Source: Setoptus koraiensis (lineage: Eukaryota > Animalia > Arthropoda). Taken from it: a DNA stretch of 64,000 nucleotides. Below the pieces are notes generated by a model. That model ran no database searches. It was given only the letters and a program-made list of their open reading frames with translations, and had not been told where the DNA came from. Shown here one piece after another: positions 53,900 through 64,000 of this stretch (position 1 is the first letter of the stretch; every line of letters begins with the position of its first letter). Both the position numbers and the translations under genes were made by a program. The DNA lies in NCBI GenBank assembly GCA_048013815.1, contig CM106586.1:23498001-23562000 (forward strand). The letters are read 5' to 3'.

Positions 53900-55340
53900 C
53901 AATTGAAAATAATCAAGATCAATGATCTCATAAGTGCGAGTTGAGTGTTTATGACATCAACATGAATGTCACTATAAAAGCAATAATGATGATCGTTATT
54001 TTCATTATTACAATCGTTACTATTATTATTGCCATCATTATGGCCACAGTAATAGGATGTGCATGGCGTTAATTTGGCCAGCGGCTATATGCGCCAGTGC
54101 TCTGCTCTCTGTTATTATTCTCTATTATTGGTGAGTATGGAAATGAGTGGGCAGACGACAGCTAGACAGCTTTGTTGACTTTCATTTCGACACGGCGACA
54201 GACAATCAATTAACTAATCAGCGATTAATTTATTGTTACTACTTGTTAATACTTGTTAGCTCAATACTGTGGCGCAACCGAGTCAATTCAATTGATTCAA
54301 CTACCTGCTCACGCTCATCATTATCATTGTTTTTGTTGTCTCACCTCTGTCGGCAGTACATCATCGTAATGCCTTTTTTATCACCCACTCTCTTCGTTTC
54401 AAACGAATAACTATTAACTGCAAAACTGCATTGATGAGACTCTCACTCGAACTGGATAATTTTGTTACAAAGTGTCGGCCATTATTGTTAATGTCAATCG
54501 ATTGTGTTCTGCACCAGATAATAAATGATAATAACAAACAACGTGACTGAGTTATCATGATGTCGTTGTTATGGCGCCATCATTGCAACATTTGTCGCTC
54601 GAACGTATATCGTATGGGTCGATCCAATATTTTGTCCAATAAACATTGGACCGAATGTCCGACTCGATCGGATTTTATTTCGTTATTTAAACAGCCAATC
54701 ATCGATGAGGCAAATCTCAGAACATAGCCGTCTGACTGCAGTCAGCCAATCAAATGGCGAGACGCGAGACGAGGTGACGCTTTCGAACGCGCAGTGAGCG
54801 AACAAAGTTGGCATGCATTCAGTCTCGCTCCCGTTCCATCGAGGCCTGTGGCATACGTTGACCAGACCTCATATAGGGTCACTTTGTTGTGTCGGACGAC
54901 TCGTGACTGTTATAGGTCACTAATGTTGTTCAATTGTTATTATACTCCCTGTGTATGTGCGTGTGACTTGCATCAGCATCTCGCGTTTACCATCGGCTAG
55001 CATCAGCTAGTTTTTGGCATCCAATTTGAGTTAGTCTGTTGGTCTGTCTGAGTTGAGTTGAGTTGAAATTTATTTATCTCACTAGTTTGTATGCTGCGCT
55101 GTCAGTGAGTTTGCTAAACTCAATTTAATTTATGTGCCCAGAGTAGCCGCTGTTGTTGTCGTTGTTGCTGCTGTTGCTGCTGTCGTTGCTGTTGTTGTTG
55201 CTGCTGTTGTTGGCGTCGTCGTTGTTATGTAAGCAGCGAACGAAGCAAGAGAGCAAATAATCGCACTTCTTCGCTCGGATCTTCGCTCGGCTCTCACACA
55301 GTCAGCGCCAGCCATACATTGGGCAAACAAGTTGCCTTGT
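53900..55340 (+). repeat. Triplicated non-coding module, copy B (between Antp and Ubx-like gene)
   Basis: Inverted match to copy A and direct match to copy C. Blocks: AT-rich core 53901..54059, TATAGGGTCACT at 54872, TTATAGGTCA at 54910, TGTCAGTGAGT at 55100, TAATTTATGTGC ending about 55137, then a GTT/GCT tract. Confidence 0.88.
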
Positions 55341-55506
55341 AATTCTTTTTCGCTCGCATTGGTCCGCTTCGAAGCATCACGATCGAACACACACGCCACT
55401 CGAGCCACCTTCTTGTGGTATTCGCGAAGCTCTTTTGGAGCCAGCACCAATTCCAACCGATCGCTCCATCATCACCGAATCGATCCATCCACGATGACAG
55501 CGGCGT

Positions 55507-55521
55507 CCTGTAGGGGGCGCT
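55507..55521 (+). promoter_or_regulatory. CTCF-like motif (CCTGTAGGGGGCGCT)
   Basis: By-eye consensus match just beyond module copy B. Confidence 0.35.
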
Positions 55522-57006
55522 CACTGACGACCAAATCGACCGCCAGGTGCGTGAAAGTGAGTGTGCACATTGACAACTGGGCGCAATGAGACCTCACCTC
55601 AGCACAAAATCAAATGATGTCCTCCGGCTGTAAAGACCAATAAAAAACAATTTACGATCACACTCACACACAATGAGCGATCAGTCAGTGTGTAAAACGG
55701 CCTTCGAGTGTCATTGGCGGTTTTACAAACAGCTGACTGGACTGACCGACTGACTGACCGTTATATCGGTATATATCAAATCGATTATAACTGATAACTG
55801 GCGGACAACAGCTCACCTATGGATAATGAGACATATGTGAAGTGCTGGGCAGCGAGCGCTGATTCGCAAAGATATGAGCCAACATTTCTCGAGTGACATT
55901 CTCGTGTAGAGCCCGTTTGAAAATGCACTGATGGCAAGCCAGCCATCGGTCTGCTCTTTTCCGGTTTCTCTAACAAAGTTACAATGTAGCTTGTTTCAGG
56001 GATATTTGCCACTGGCATTGGATGCTAGATATTAGATTGCCAGATCTATATCAAATGATCGATATTGTGGCCCGATTCCGCTTGCCCGCCCACCGTCGAC
56101 ATGGTCAATATAGGCGCAACCATCGGCGCGCACGTTCGACTGGCCGTTGCAATTGATGCATCAAAACTAAATTGATATATTGATATGTGCAATGTGTGTG
56201 CTCATCCGTGATGGTCTTTTGTGATTGGCGACTTTGAGAGGCACAAGATGCAAGTTGATCAATCGAAGTGAGCGCAAGTCGAAAGCGCCCAGCGAATCGG
56301 CGCCTATAACGACTAACTCCGCCAAGTTGAATGAACTCGATCCAATCGAAAGATTGCCCAGTCCAATGCCCGACGACTCGACTCGATCGAGCAGTAGGGC
56401 ATCCAAGAAGCGCATCAGTCTATCCGAAGAAAAAAACGTTCTTTTTTTCTCGCAATGAATGCTCAAGAAAAAAAATTCTCAAAAGAGGATTCCTCAAAAA
56501 AGACTTCCCGAAAGAAGAAAAATGATAACTGAAAACTGGATGAGTGAGTGATTTTATGAATCCATCTGTGACGCATAACTGAATTGTTTACAACTGAATT
56601 CACGAAATACGTTTTTCTTCACCGCAAATCGCGGCAGTTTTGCCAGAGAAAGCAGAAAATAATTCCATTCACGATGCCTCGAATGCCGCGGCTAACGAGG
56701 CGTTCATTTGTTTATTTGTTGTTGTGACGACTCAATGACTCATTCATATGGACGATAAGTTGAACAGTTGTATACATTGTAGACATGTGATCGAACATGA
56801 AAATCACTCGAACAAGTTTTTCACGAGAACGTGTCAACGAAAAACTGTTTAGTCGAAAAAAAATTTTCTGAAAAATTGCTCACACGCAGAAAGACAGGTA
56901 AAAACAGAAAGAGAATTCTGAAATATTGATGCAGAGATAGTGCCGAATAAAATGACAGAATCACGAGCCCAAATGTGGAATAGGATGCCGTGCAGTTGAC
57001 TCACCA

Positions 57007-58536
57007 TTATCGCTGCTTGTGGTTGCTGTGATGATGCTGAGACGATCTAACCAAGGTGCCGTGTTGTTGCTGTTGCGAAGACGCCGACGACGACGATGTT
57101 GTCCTGTTGGCATTTGCCGACGACGACGTTGTTGTGGTTGGCGCTGTTGTGGTCGTTGACGACGATGATTGATTTGTTGTTCTCTCTTGTTCGTTTAGAT
57201 CTTTCACAGTTTGATCTTCTTTCTTTTTTTTCATGCGCCGATTCTGGAACCAAATCTTAATTTGGCGTTCGCTCAATGTGAGCGTATGCGCCAATTCAAT
57301 CCTTCTTCTTCTTGTCAAATATGCGTTCATTCTGAACTCTTTCTCTAACTCGAGCGTCTGAAAACGGGTATACGTTTGCCTGCCGCGCCTCCTAACGGTG
57401 GCACCAGTCAAATAGGGAGGTAATGTTCCATTGATCATCCACGGATAAGCCGATTGATAGCAAGCTGCGTGATGCAATGCAGCGGCTTGTTGCGCAACAC
57501 TAGAATGATGCTGTTGGGCCTCTTGATATTGTCTGGCGACGGCCACGTTGACAGCGTTGGCGACATTAATGGAGCTGGGCGAATTGACGGCAACGGCGGC
57601 CGCCGCGGCCGCACTGACCGCCGCCGCCGACTGTTGCTGTTGGTGGTGCGACTGATGATTATAGGCGCCAACATTGTGCTGATGATGCGACTGCTGCATG
57701 GAGGTTGTATGGTGTTGCTGATTGCTTCTCTGGTGGTGCGGCTGGTGGTGGTGGTTTTGTTGCTGCTGGTGCTGTTGTTGATGTTGGTGGTGTTGCTGTG
57801 ACAATGCCACTGATTGACCGGCCACCGTTGAGCCGACCTCTGACGATAGATTGTTGTTGTGGCTGTGGTTGTTGTTGTTGTTGTTGTGGAGATGTTGCTG
57901 CTGCTGCAGTGTCGTGGGTGACAAATTCGCAGACGATTTGATATGCACTTGTTGTTGCTGCTGCTGAGTGAATTGCTCTTGATGTAAATCAAGCTGTTGG
58001 TGTTGGAGGTGATGAAGCTGCTGATGCTGCTGTTGCTGTTGTTGGTGGTGCTGGTGGTTGTGATGCTGCTGGTGCTGGTGCTGATGGTGTTGTTGGTGGT
58101 GGTGCAATTGATGGGGTGCTTGGTGATGCTGCTGTTGTTGCAATTGTTGTTGCTGTTGTTGTTGTTGCTGATGTTGAAAGTGTTGCTGATAAGTGTGCTG
58201 CTGCTGTTGTTGATGACTCTGAATTGTGTCCGGCGTGATGTTTGCCGTGAGTGTTGGCGTCGATTGAGGACTCACCGCGCTCGCCAGCATGGTGGCATCG
58301 CCCGCGCCCAAACTGACCGGCGACTGATGGTGATAATTGTGAGGTAGGCTCCCATTTGTGACTGGACTAGCCGAGTGATTGAAATGATGATGATGATTAT
58401 TGTTGTAGTTGACCCTAGATTGAGTGGCTACGGTAGCCGCTGCGCTTGCTGCTGCCACAGTCATTGCCGATTGTTCATTATGCGACACAACAGGATTGTA
58501 TGGTAGATAATCGGTGGCGGCCTCAGTTATGTTCAT
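57007..58536 (-). CDS. Ubx: Divergent Ultrabithorax-like (UbdA-class) Hox gene; intronless CDS whose N-terminal ~195 aa are shared with Antp
   Basis: ATG at 58536. The protein has YPWM, a 14-aa linker, [59 protein letters not shown] and a UbdA-like peptide [12 protein letters not shown] (Ubx IQAIKELNEQEK; abd-A LRAVKEINEQAR). It lies immediately 5' of Antp and lacks the abd-A TDWM/PFER linker motifs. F at homeodomain position 11 is abd-A-like, so the Ubx label is less certain than the UbdA class. Confidence 0.72.
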   Translation of the reverse strand: MNITEAATDYLPYNPVVSHNEQSAMTVAAASAAATVATQSRVNYNNNHHHHFNHSASPVTNGSLPHNYHHQSPVSLGAGDATMLASAVSPQSTPTLTANITPDTIQSHQQQQQHTYQQHFQHQQQQQQQQQLQQQQHHQAPHQLHHHQQHHQHQHQQHHNHQHHQQQQQQHQQLHHLQHQQLDLHQEQFTQQQQQQVHIKSSANLSPTTLQQQQHLHNNNNNNHSHNNNLSSEVGSTVAGQSVALSQQHHQHQQQHQQQQNHHHQPHHQRSNQQHHTTSMQQSHHQHNVGAYNHQSHHQQQQSAAAVSAAAAAAVAVNSPSSINVANAVNVAVARQYQEAQQHHSSVAQQAAALHHAACYQSAYPWMINGTLPPYLTGATVRRRGRQTYTRFQTLELEKEFRMNAYLTRRRRIELAHTLTLSERQIKIWFQNRRMKKKKEDQTVKDLNEQERTTNQSSSSTTTTAPTTTTSSSANANRTTSSSSASSQQQQHGTLVRSSQHHHSNHKQR

Positions 58537-58696
58537 CTTCTCGTCATCTTCGTCGTCTGAGTTTTCAATCAATTTTAATTACAATCGACGATTACAATTA
58601 TTGTGTGTTCTGTGTGTTTTGATTATTTCACTGCGATTTCGAATGGCTTTAATTTCGTCTCGGTCTTTACGATTTTCATCCTCTTACCTTGCGTTG
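57945..58696 (-). repeat. Shared 5' block, Ubx-like copy (leader plus first ~195 codons)
   Basis: Direct repeat of 48073..48826. There is one amino-acid difference (A/V) in the first 108 residues. Other differences are synonymous changes and poly-Q/H length changes. Confidence 0.95.
58631..58687 (-). other. Putative 57-nt 5'-leader intron of the Ubx-like gene
   Basis: AG|GTAAG donor at 58687 and CAG acceptor at 58631, paralogous to the Antp leader. The branch-like motif is not conserved. Confidence 0.3.
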
Positions 58697-59804
58697 TGTG
58701 TGCGTTTGCATAAAAGTAAACATAAGATATTAACAATCCGACGATTTCTGGCAAGCTGTTAGCTAACATAACAACAGTGGATGTGAATTTGAGCTCTCAC
58801 TTTGACTGTAACATTTTCAAACTGACTTGTTTGCGTGACTCATCACTTGGACTTGACTTTACTTCGTTGCGAGTTGAGTCAAGTCGGGCAACAAAACTTG
58901 CCATCCATTGCGTCTGCACATGCGCAAAAGGCCGTGCCCGCTGTGGCTCTGGTTGCTGGTTTACACAGTGACATCATTCCTGGCACTCTGGTGGTCAGAT
59001 CCCGCAGATAAACCAGCACAACCGATACTAGAATCGAGCACCCATTTCAGAGATGTTTTTCGACATATTTTCCGAAAAAAAAACGATAATAATTTCGATA
59101 TTTATTTTCCGAAATAATGGAGCTTATTTTTTCAGTGTCCTCTCTCGTTCTCTAGTTATTGAGTGGTTTTTCGAGATTTTCTTTACTTTCTTTCCATTTC
59201 GAACAGAATTTCGTCAGGACGTAAATAATGAAATCATTCTGCTCGAATGTCGCCAGTCGGTGGAATGCTCACTCCGCTGTCTTGAGATGCACTCAATCAG
59301 CCAATAATGATCCGCGAAGTGGACGAAATATTATAGAAAATTGAGAGAATCTTGTATATTTCGCTGTTTCCATGACGAAATTTTCTAAATCCTGACTCCA
59401 CAGAATGGTGGTGTGAACGCGTACACGACCACACATGCTACCTGCAAATTGCGATGATGAATAAATTGCGAGAAATCGAACGGCAATATAATTTGAATTA
59501 TCATGTTGTCTGGTGGCTACTGGTGGCTAATCGAGGCCAATTGATGACCGAGTTAGTGCAAATTTTACATTGAGCAGCATCTGAAACGCTACACTGTAAA
59601 TGAGCAGCTTCAGTATATATCTATTAGTTGATAATGGTGCTGGGATCGACATTAAATCATTTTATTAGTATCACACGGTGCGTTATTTTTTCAATTTTAA
59701 CGCAATGCAGTAGCTGCATCGTCCACTGCTACAGGTGAGATGTGGAGGTTGCATATGCAGGTTATGGCAAGGATGACAGGTAAGAAGACTGCTGAAAATC
59801 AGTA

Positions 59805-61480
59805 GCATCAAGATCAATGATCTCATAAGAAGTTGATTGCATGACAACATCAATGTCACCATAAAAGTAATAATGATCATCGTTGTTTCCATTATTACAA
59901 TCGTTATCATTATTATTGCCACTCTCATAGTGAGACTCTCGCAAGGAGTGTGCGAGTTTGTTTTGCCCACAGGCTACACAGCTATTTTGTACTGTAACAG
60001 TTGGTTGGCATTGCAAATTGCTCGAAAATGAAAAGGCAAACATTATACAAACATTAGGTTACGTAACTCTCTCTCTGCCTACCTTTATGTCTCTGTGTTT
60101 GTGTGTCTAATTTATCAATTTATCAATTAGACACACAAACACAGAGACAATCTGAATTAACTGATCGAGAGTCATATCTGAGTCGTTTATATTTAAATGA
60201 ACTACCTGTTTTTCAGAGCTACTCACACTGTTTATTGCCATTACGATTATTATTGATGGCACATGCTTAGTGGTTATGACTGTTTGCACTTTTATTCCTT
60301 TCATTTGAGCCTGGCTTCATTATTATTACCTCTATTTAATTATCAATTGATGATACACTTAGCTTGTTAGCAGAACTTATAAGCGCGCACCGATAGTAAC
60401 AATAACCTATTTTTATTATTACCTGAATGGCCCGATATTTACAATGTTCATTCGCAGACAGTTTATGTTCATCTTAAACGAGACCATAAAAAAGATAATA
60501 GTACAATAATGAGCACCATTGCAGTAACCTCTGCGTCCAAATTGTTGACTGTTAGTTAATCTGTAAGGTGTCATGGAGATGACACAAACTAACCACTGCC
60601 AATTGAAATCAATTGACTAAACTCTTATTGAGTGTTTGTTGCAAAATAACAATATACATATATATATATAAAAATAACCAACTAAAGCGACCGAAACGAG
60701 ACTGGACCAAGATATCGGCTCATTCGATCCATTGAACTTGATGCCGCAACCGGAAATGGCAAACTCTACATATCTCTGCATGATGGCTATCACCATATCA
60801 ACATCATATCTAGCGAAACCACTTTAATGGCCAGTTAACAATTGAACGATTTATATTCTATATTTTTCTAGTTTTCTAGTTCTAGTTAATGCTTTTTCTT
60901 CTCATAATTATTATTCTTTGTTCTGTTTCGAGACGCTGTCCATGTAAAACTGACACTCCGAAGATTAGAATATTACATTTCGGCCCGAACTAAACAGATT
61001 TGGAGCAGGCTGTGGCCGATTGTGTTGATCGTATGAGCCGAAGGCAACAATTCATACATTTGATAGATGGCGAAAGACAATGAACAAATATAGGGTCACT
61101 TGCGTGTGAGCCATTCCAGCAACTGTTATAGGTCAGCTAGTTTGATGTTGCTGTTGCTGCTGCTGTTGTTGCTGTTGCTGTTGCTGTCGTTGTTGCTGTT
61201 GCCAGTGGTGCGATTACCACCACTAGCAGCCAGTTTTCGGCAGTCATTTTGAGCGAGACATTGAGTGGATCGGCGCTTCGATTTTCTTTCCATTTTGCTG
61301 GCTTGTTTGCTGGTGTCAGTGAGTCCGAGCCGAGCCTAATTTATGTGCTGGTGTTGGCGTTGGCGTTGCCCTGGCCGTTGTTGTTGTTGTTGCCGGTGTC
61401 GTTGCTGTTTCTGCCGCTGCCGCTGCCGTTGCTGTTGTTGGCGTGATTGTTGCGAGCAACGAATCGGAAAATAATGGAAA
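59805..61480 (+). repeat. Triplicated non-coding module, copy C (upstream of Ubx-like gene; most diverged)
   Basis: The same blocks occur in the same order: core-like 59808..59930, TATAGGGTCACT at 61089, TTATAGGTCA at 61126, TGTCAGTGAGT at 61314, TAATTTATGTGC at 61337. Boundaries are approximate. Confidence 0.78.
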
Positions 61481-64000
61481 AAGAATCAATCCTGTTGTTA
61501 GAGCGGCTTAAGCGAGTGCAGCGTCTCGGATGCAGCCAAGCAAAGTCTCGAACGCTCGCATCGGCTAATGGCCACTGCCGGCACCGGCCAGCCAGCGAGC
61601 AAGTTACATGAAAACTGTCGGAAGAGTGCACTTTTCCAACAGTTTTCCAACAGTTTGCATTGGGCAAGAGCCCGCCACTCAGATTAGTTGTCGCTGGCAA
61701 GTTTGTTTGGTTGCGCTGGCAAGACAATGAGCAACTAAAGTAGCGCCAAAGCAGAGCCAAAGTGAAGCCAGCCAGACGAGATTATCTTGGCATCTTCGTT
61801 TATCGAATGCAGGATATTTGCATGTTTTGGGCGCCAGACCATCGCTGTTTCATTTGTCAGAAGAGATGAAACGGGAAACATTCGTTGCGCTTTGCTGTTG
61901 TTTCACTTATCACCATTTTATGCTCTCCGCCGGCTCATCTGCATCTCGCTCCAGTTAAATCAATCAGACGGCCATCGCGATAGGCATTTTCAGATTTTCA
62001 GGTCGCCAGCGTTGCATTCTGAAAATCTTATTCTGATTCGCAAAATTCTCAATGTTGAGCGCCGAACAGGCACTGATTTCGGATTTCGAATTTCGAATTT
62101 TAGATTTCGGAACTCGGACTTGTGACGAGCAACAGCCGGTGGCCTCCGTTTGTTTTGTCAGAATTGTATTGTCAATCCGCCATCACGACATACCGTGGCC
62201 GTATCAGCTGATCAGCTGATTGTCATCTATTGGTCGGGTCAGTGTGTGGGTCAGTGAGTGACCAGGTAACGGGGAAAAATAGATGGAACGGGCGCACCCA
62301 AATCTGTGCGCGGCTCAATCTGTTTGCCCTTGAGGTGTTTGCAATTAGTTGCTGGTCAGGTTTTTGTTTGATCCAGTTCAAAGCACCAAAGTCAACACAC
62401 AGCCAAAGGGTCATCGAACCAGAACCGAAACGATAAAAGTGGCCACGAGACGAGTGTACGGTGGCGATAAAAAGATTTGCACACAGGTATACAAAAAGAG
62501 GGCAACATGACAATAATAAATTAATTTGCCGTGCCGTGTCAAGTTCAAAATCAAATCACCAGATCATTGGCGCGATTGGGAGGCCGGGATCGGCGCCGCC
62601 GGCACCACCGGCCGCGCCAGCAGCGACACTGTGTCCACATTGACACCAGATTTGCCGGGTTTACTGTTGCCCGCTTTTCTGGCCGCTCTCTGGCGCTTCT
62701 CCGGCCAGCTCCGTGGGCCAGTTCCGTGGGCCGGTTTCGCGGGCCAGTTTCGCGGGCCAGCTCCGTGCGCGCCAGAGAAGCCCGGCCCGCACAGAACTGA
62801 CATTGATGACGGTATTGTGGCAGCGTTACCGTTACATAACGGTTATATGGGGCCTATAAAGTGGCCACCAATAATAGCGCCCGCATTCGTTGGCATCACA
62901 ATCAATTGTTGATGATTCCAGTTCAGCTCCATTCAATCTAATTCTAGCGCAACGGCATCGCGTTGCAATTATTATATTATAGGACACATATGTGATGTAA
63001 CAATTGTGATTCAATCAATTGTGATAATATGATGCAATTATATCAATTATACTCATGGCTGAGAGCTGTGTGTGAGCGCGTGTTGCGTTGTGAGTCAGAT
63101 GAGTCATGACAGCGATGACGCAAGCAGCTAAACTAGCAGCGCGTGTTTGCAGCCAAACTTTTTGGCATAAAACTTGGAATTATCGCATTGTCGAACGATT
63201 ACGATTAAATCCAATTACCAGCCTTACGTCACAGAACAATGCAAAGGGCATTATCATGTTATCATTAAGTTGATTGGCATTGACAGAGTTCGTATATTGA
63301 AAGCACTGAGTTTAATTAAACTGAACGATCAATTGCGTTCAATTGTGTGCGCCCGAACGAATCTGTCCGTTCAATTGTATTAATATCTGCCTGTTCAATT
63401 GTGTTCATTTGTATTGTGGGGCGACCTGTGGATAACTTCACTTTCTTCACTTGCTTGTCAGCGACGACAACCAATGACTGATTGCAATAAACACAACCTG
63501 TATTATGCAAGGCCGAGCGGGCAGAATGATATTTCACAAAAATTTGTTGTTCGTATCGTTTCGTCGACGACGCCGATGCAACAAGCTACATGAGCGATTG
63601 TTTTTGATGGCGAGCCGTTTGTGCAAGATCGAGTTTGTCATACATAAATAATTACATTGCTAACAATAATACGCAAACTATTAATTTCAAGTGGGATCAT
63701 GCCATTGACAGTGGCGTACACGCGCAACATGAGGCGAATACGCGTAAAAGAATGACGAAGAAAAGTCTGGCTGGTTCGCGAAATGCACCGCACGCTGATT
63801 GAAATAAATTCAAAAATTCAGCTTTTGCGAACGAGTCTTTTCGCTGGCTGGCTGGCAAAGGCGCAATCGCGCCCGAGATGCAAGCATACGCAGTGGCAGT
63901 GTGCGGTGCAATATGCGATAGTGTAAAGTTATTTATCAAGAGAGTTATTTAGGTTATTTAAGAAGGTCGTAAACGAGACAGACACGATATTAATTATCGC

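Noticed and set aside
57007-58536. Calling the third gene a simple Antp duplicate or pseudogene
   Set aside because: The homeodomain arm RRRGRQ and the UbdA peptide are Ubx/abd-A class, and the ORF is intact with DNA-contact residues conserved.

Overview
Eukaryotic (arthropod) genomic DNA covering the central part of a Hox cluster. Three homeobox genes lie on the minus strand in the ancestral collinear order. A ftz-like gene has 2 exons and a 169-nt intron (about 556 aa). Antp has 2 exons and a 13.1-kb intron (about 861 aa). A divergent Ubx-like (UbdA-class) gene has an intronless CDS (about 509 aa). All three proteins carry large poly-Q/H/N tracts. The most unusual feature is that Antp and the Ubx-like gene share a near-identical block of about 750 bp. 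It covers part of the 5' leader and the first ~195 codons, includes a 233-bp run of perfect identity, and ends in simple repeats on both sides. Two different Hox homeodomains are therefore attached to the same N-terminal half. A non-coding module of about 1.5 kb occurs three times: inverted in the Antp intron, and in direct orientation on both sides of the Ubx-like gene. It has a 159-bp core that is 97% identical between two copies, plus conserved RGGTCA and TGACAG/TTTATG motifs. The remainder is intergenic or intronic DNA with microsatellites, short CG-rich tandem arrays, two dispersed repeat families, several decayed ORF-like relics and CTCF-like and YY1/Pho-like motifs. No rRNA, tRNA, CRISPR array or recognisable Hox miRNA was seen. 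The hexapeptide-retaining ftz and the Ser/Thr-tailed Ubx suggest a non-insect arthropod, possibly a mite; this is inference only. All alignments were done by eye, so boundaries marked approximate need computational confirmation.
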